Assembly (NCBI GenBank): GCA_965205025.1
Contig: CBDBFU010000032.1
Coordinates: forward strand, 64,001 to 128,000
Origin: Candidatus Poribacteria bacterium
GTDB lineage: Bacteria; Poribacteria; WGA-4E; WGA-3G
Length of the DNA: 64,000 nucleotides
Direction of reading: 5' to 3'
In this document: positions 63,967 to 64,000 of the stretch, one piece after another
How positions within the stretch are numbered: the first letter of the stretch is position 1
Layout of the letters: the number at the start of each line of letters is the position of its first letter
Notes under the pieces: model-generated
The model's input: the letters and a program-made list of their open reading frames with translations, nothing else
What the model was told of the DNA's origin: nothing
The model's database searches: none
Made by a program: the position numbers and the translations under genes

Positions 63967-64000
63967 TATACTAAGTATGAAGCAATTTATTGATTTATTG

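Overview
Low-GC bacterial chromosomal window. Its gene content (tandem secreted WD40 proteins, an LRR-WD40 lipoprotein, NHL and PQQ/TolB propellers, a PorV-like barrel, a DUF6785-type membrane protein) suggests Candidatus Poribacteria; this is inferred, not shown. It carries housekeeping and metabolic genes (glyA, folC, hppA, ilvD, nusB, an rluD-like synthase, a nitrite/sulfite reductase, comEC, namZ), a MoxR/DUF58 operon, a putative type II R-M pair, an orphan MTase, an HsdR_N protein and a five-gene WD40 array. Six genes are broken by eleven single-base indels, ten of them +1 in short homopolymers, which are probably sequencing errors. The most unusual signal is intergenic: a nested set of very small non-coding elements. 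REP-like hairpins act as landing pads for (i) a ~101-117 bp element with bipartite ATGA(A/G)G TIRs, inserted at the central base of 3-nt hairpin loops with an apparent 1-bp duplication, and (ii) a ~35 bp hairpin module found only inside the loops of other hairpins. These composites sit within several larger MITE families, two of which have clear 9-bp and 5-bp TSDs. No transposase, rRNA, tRNA or CRISPR-cas is visible in the window.
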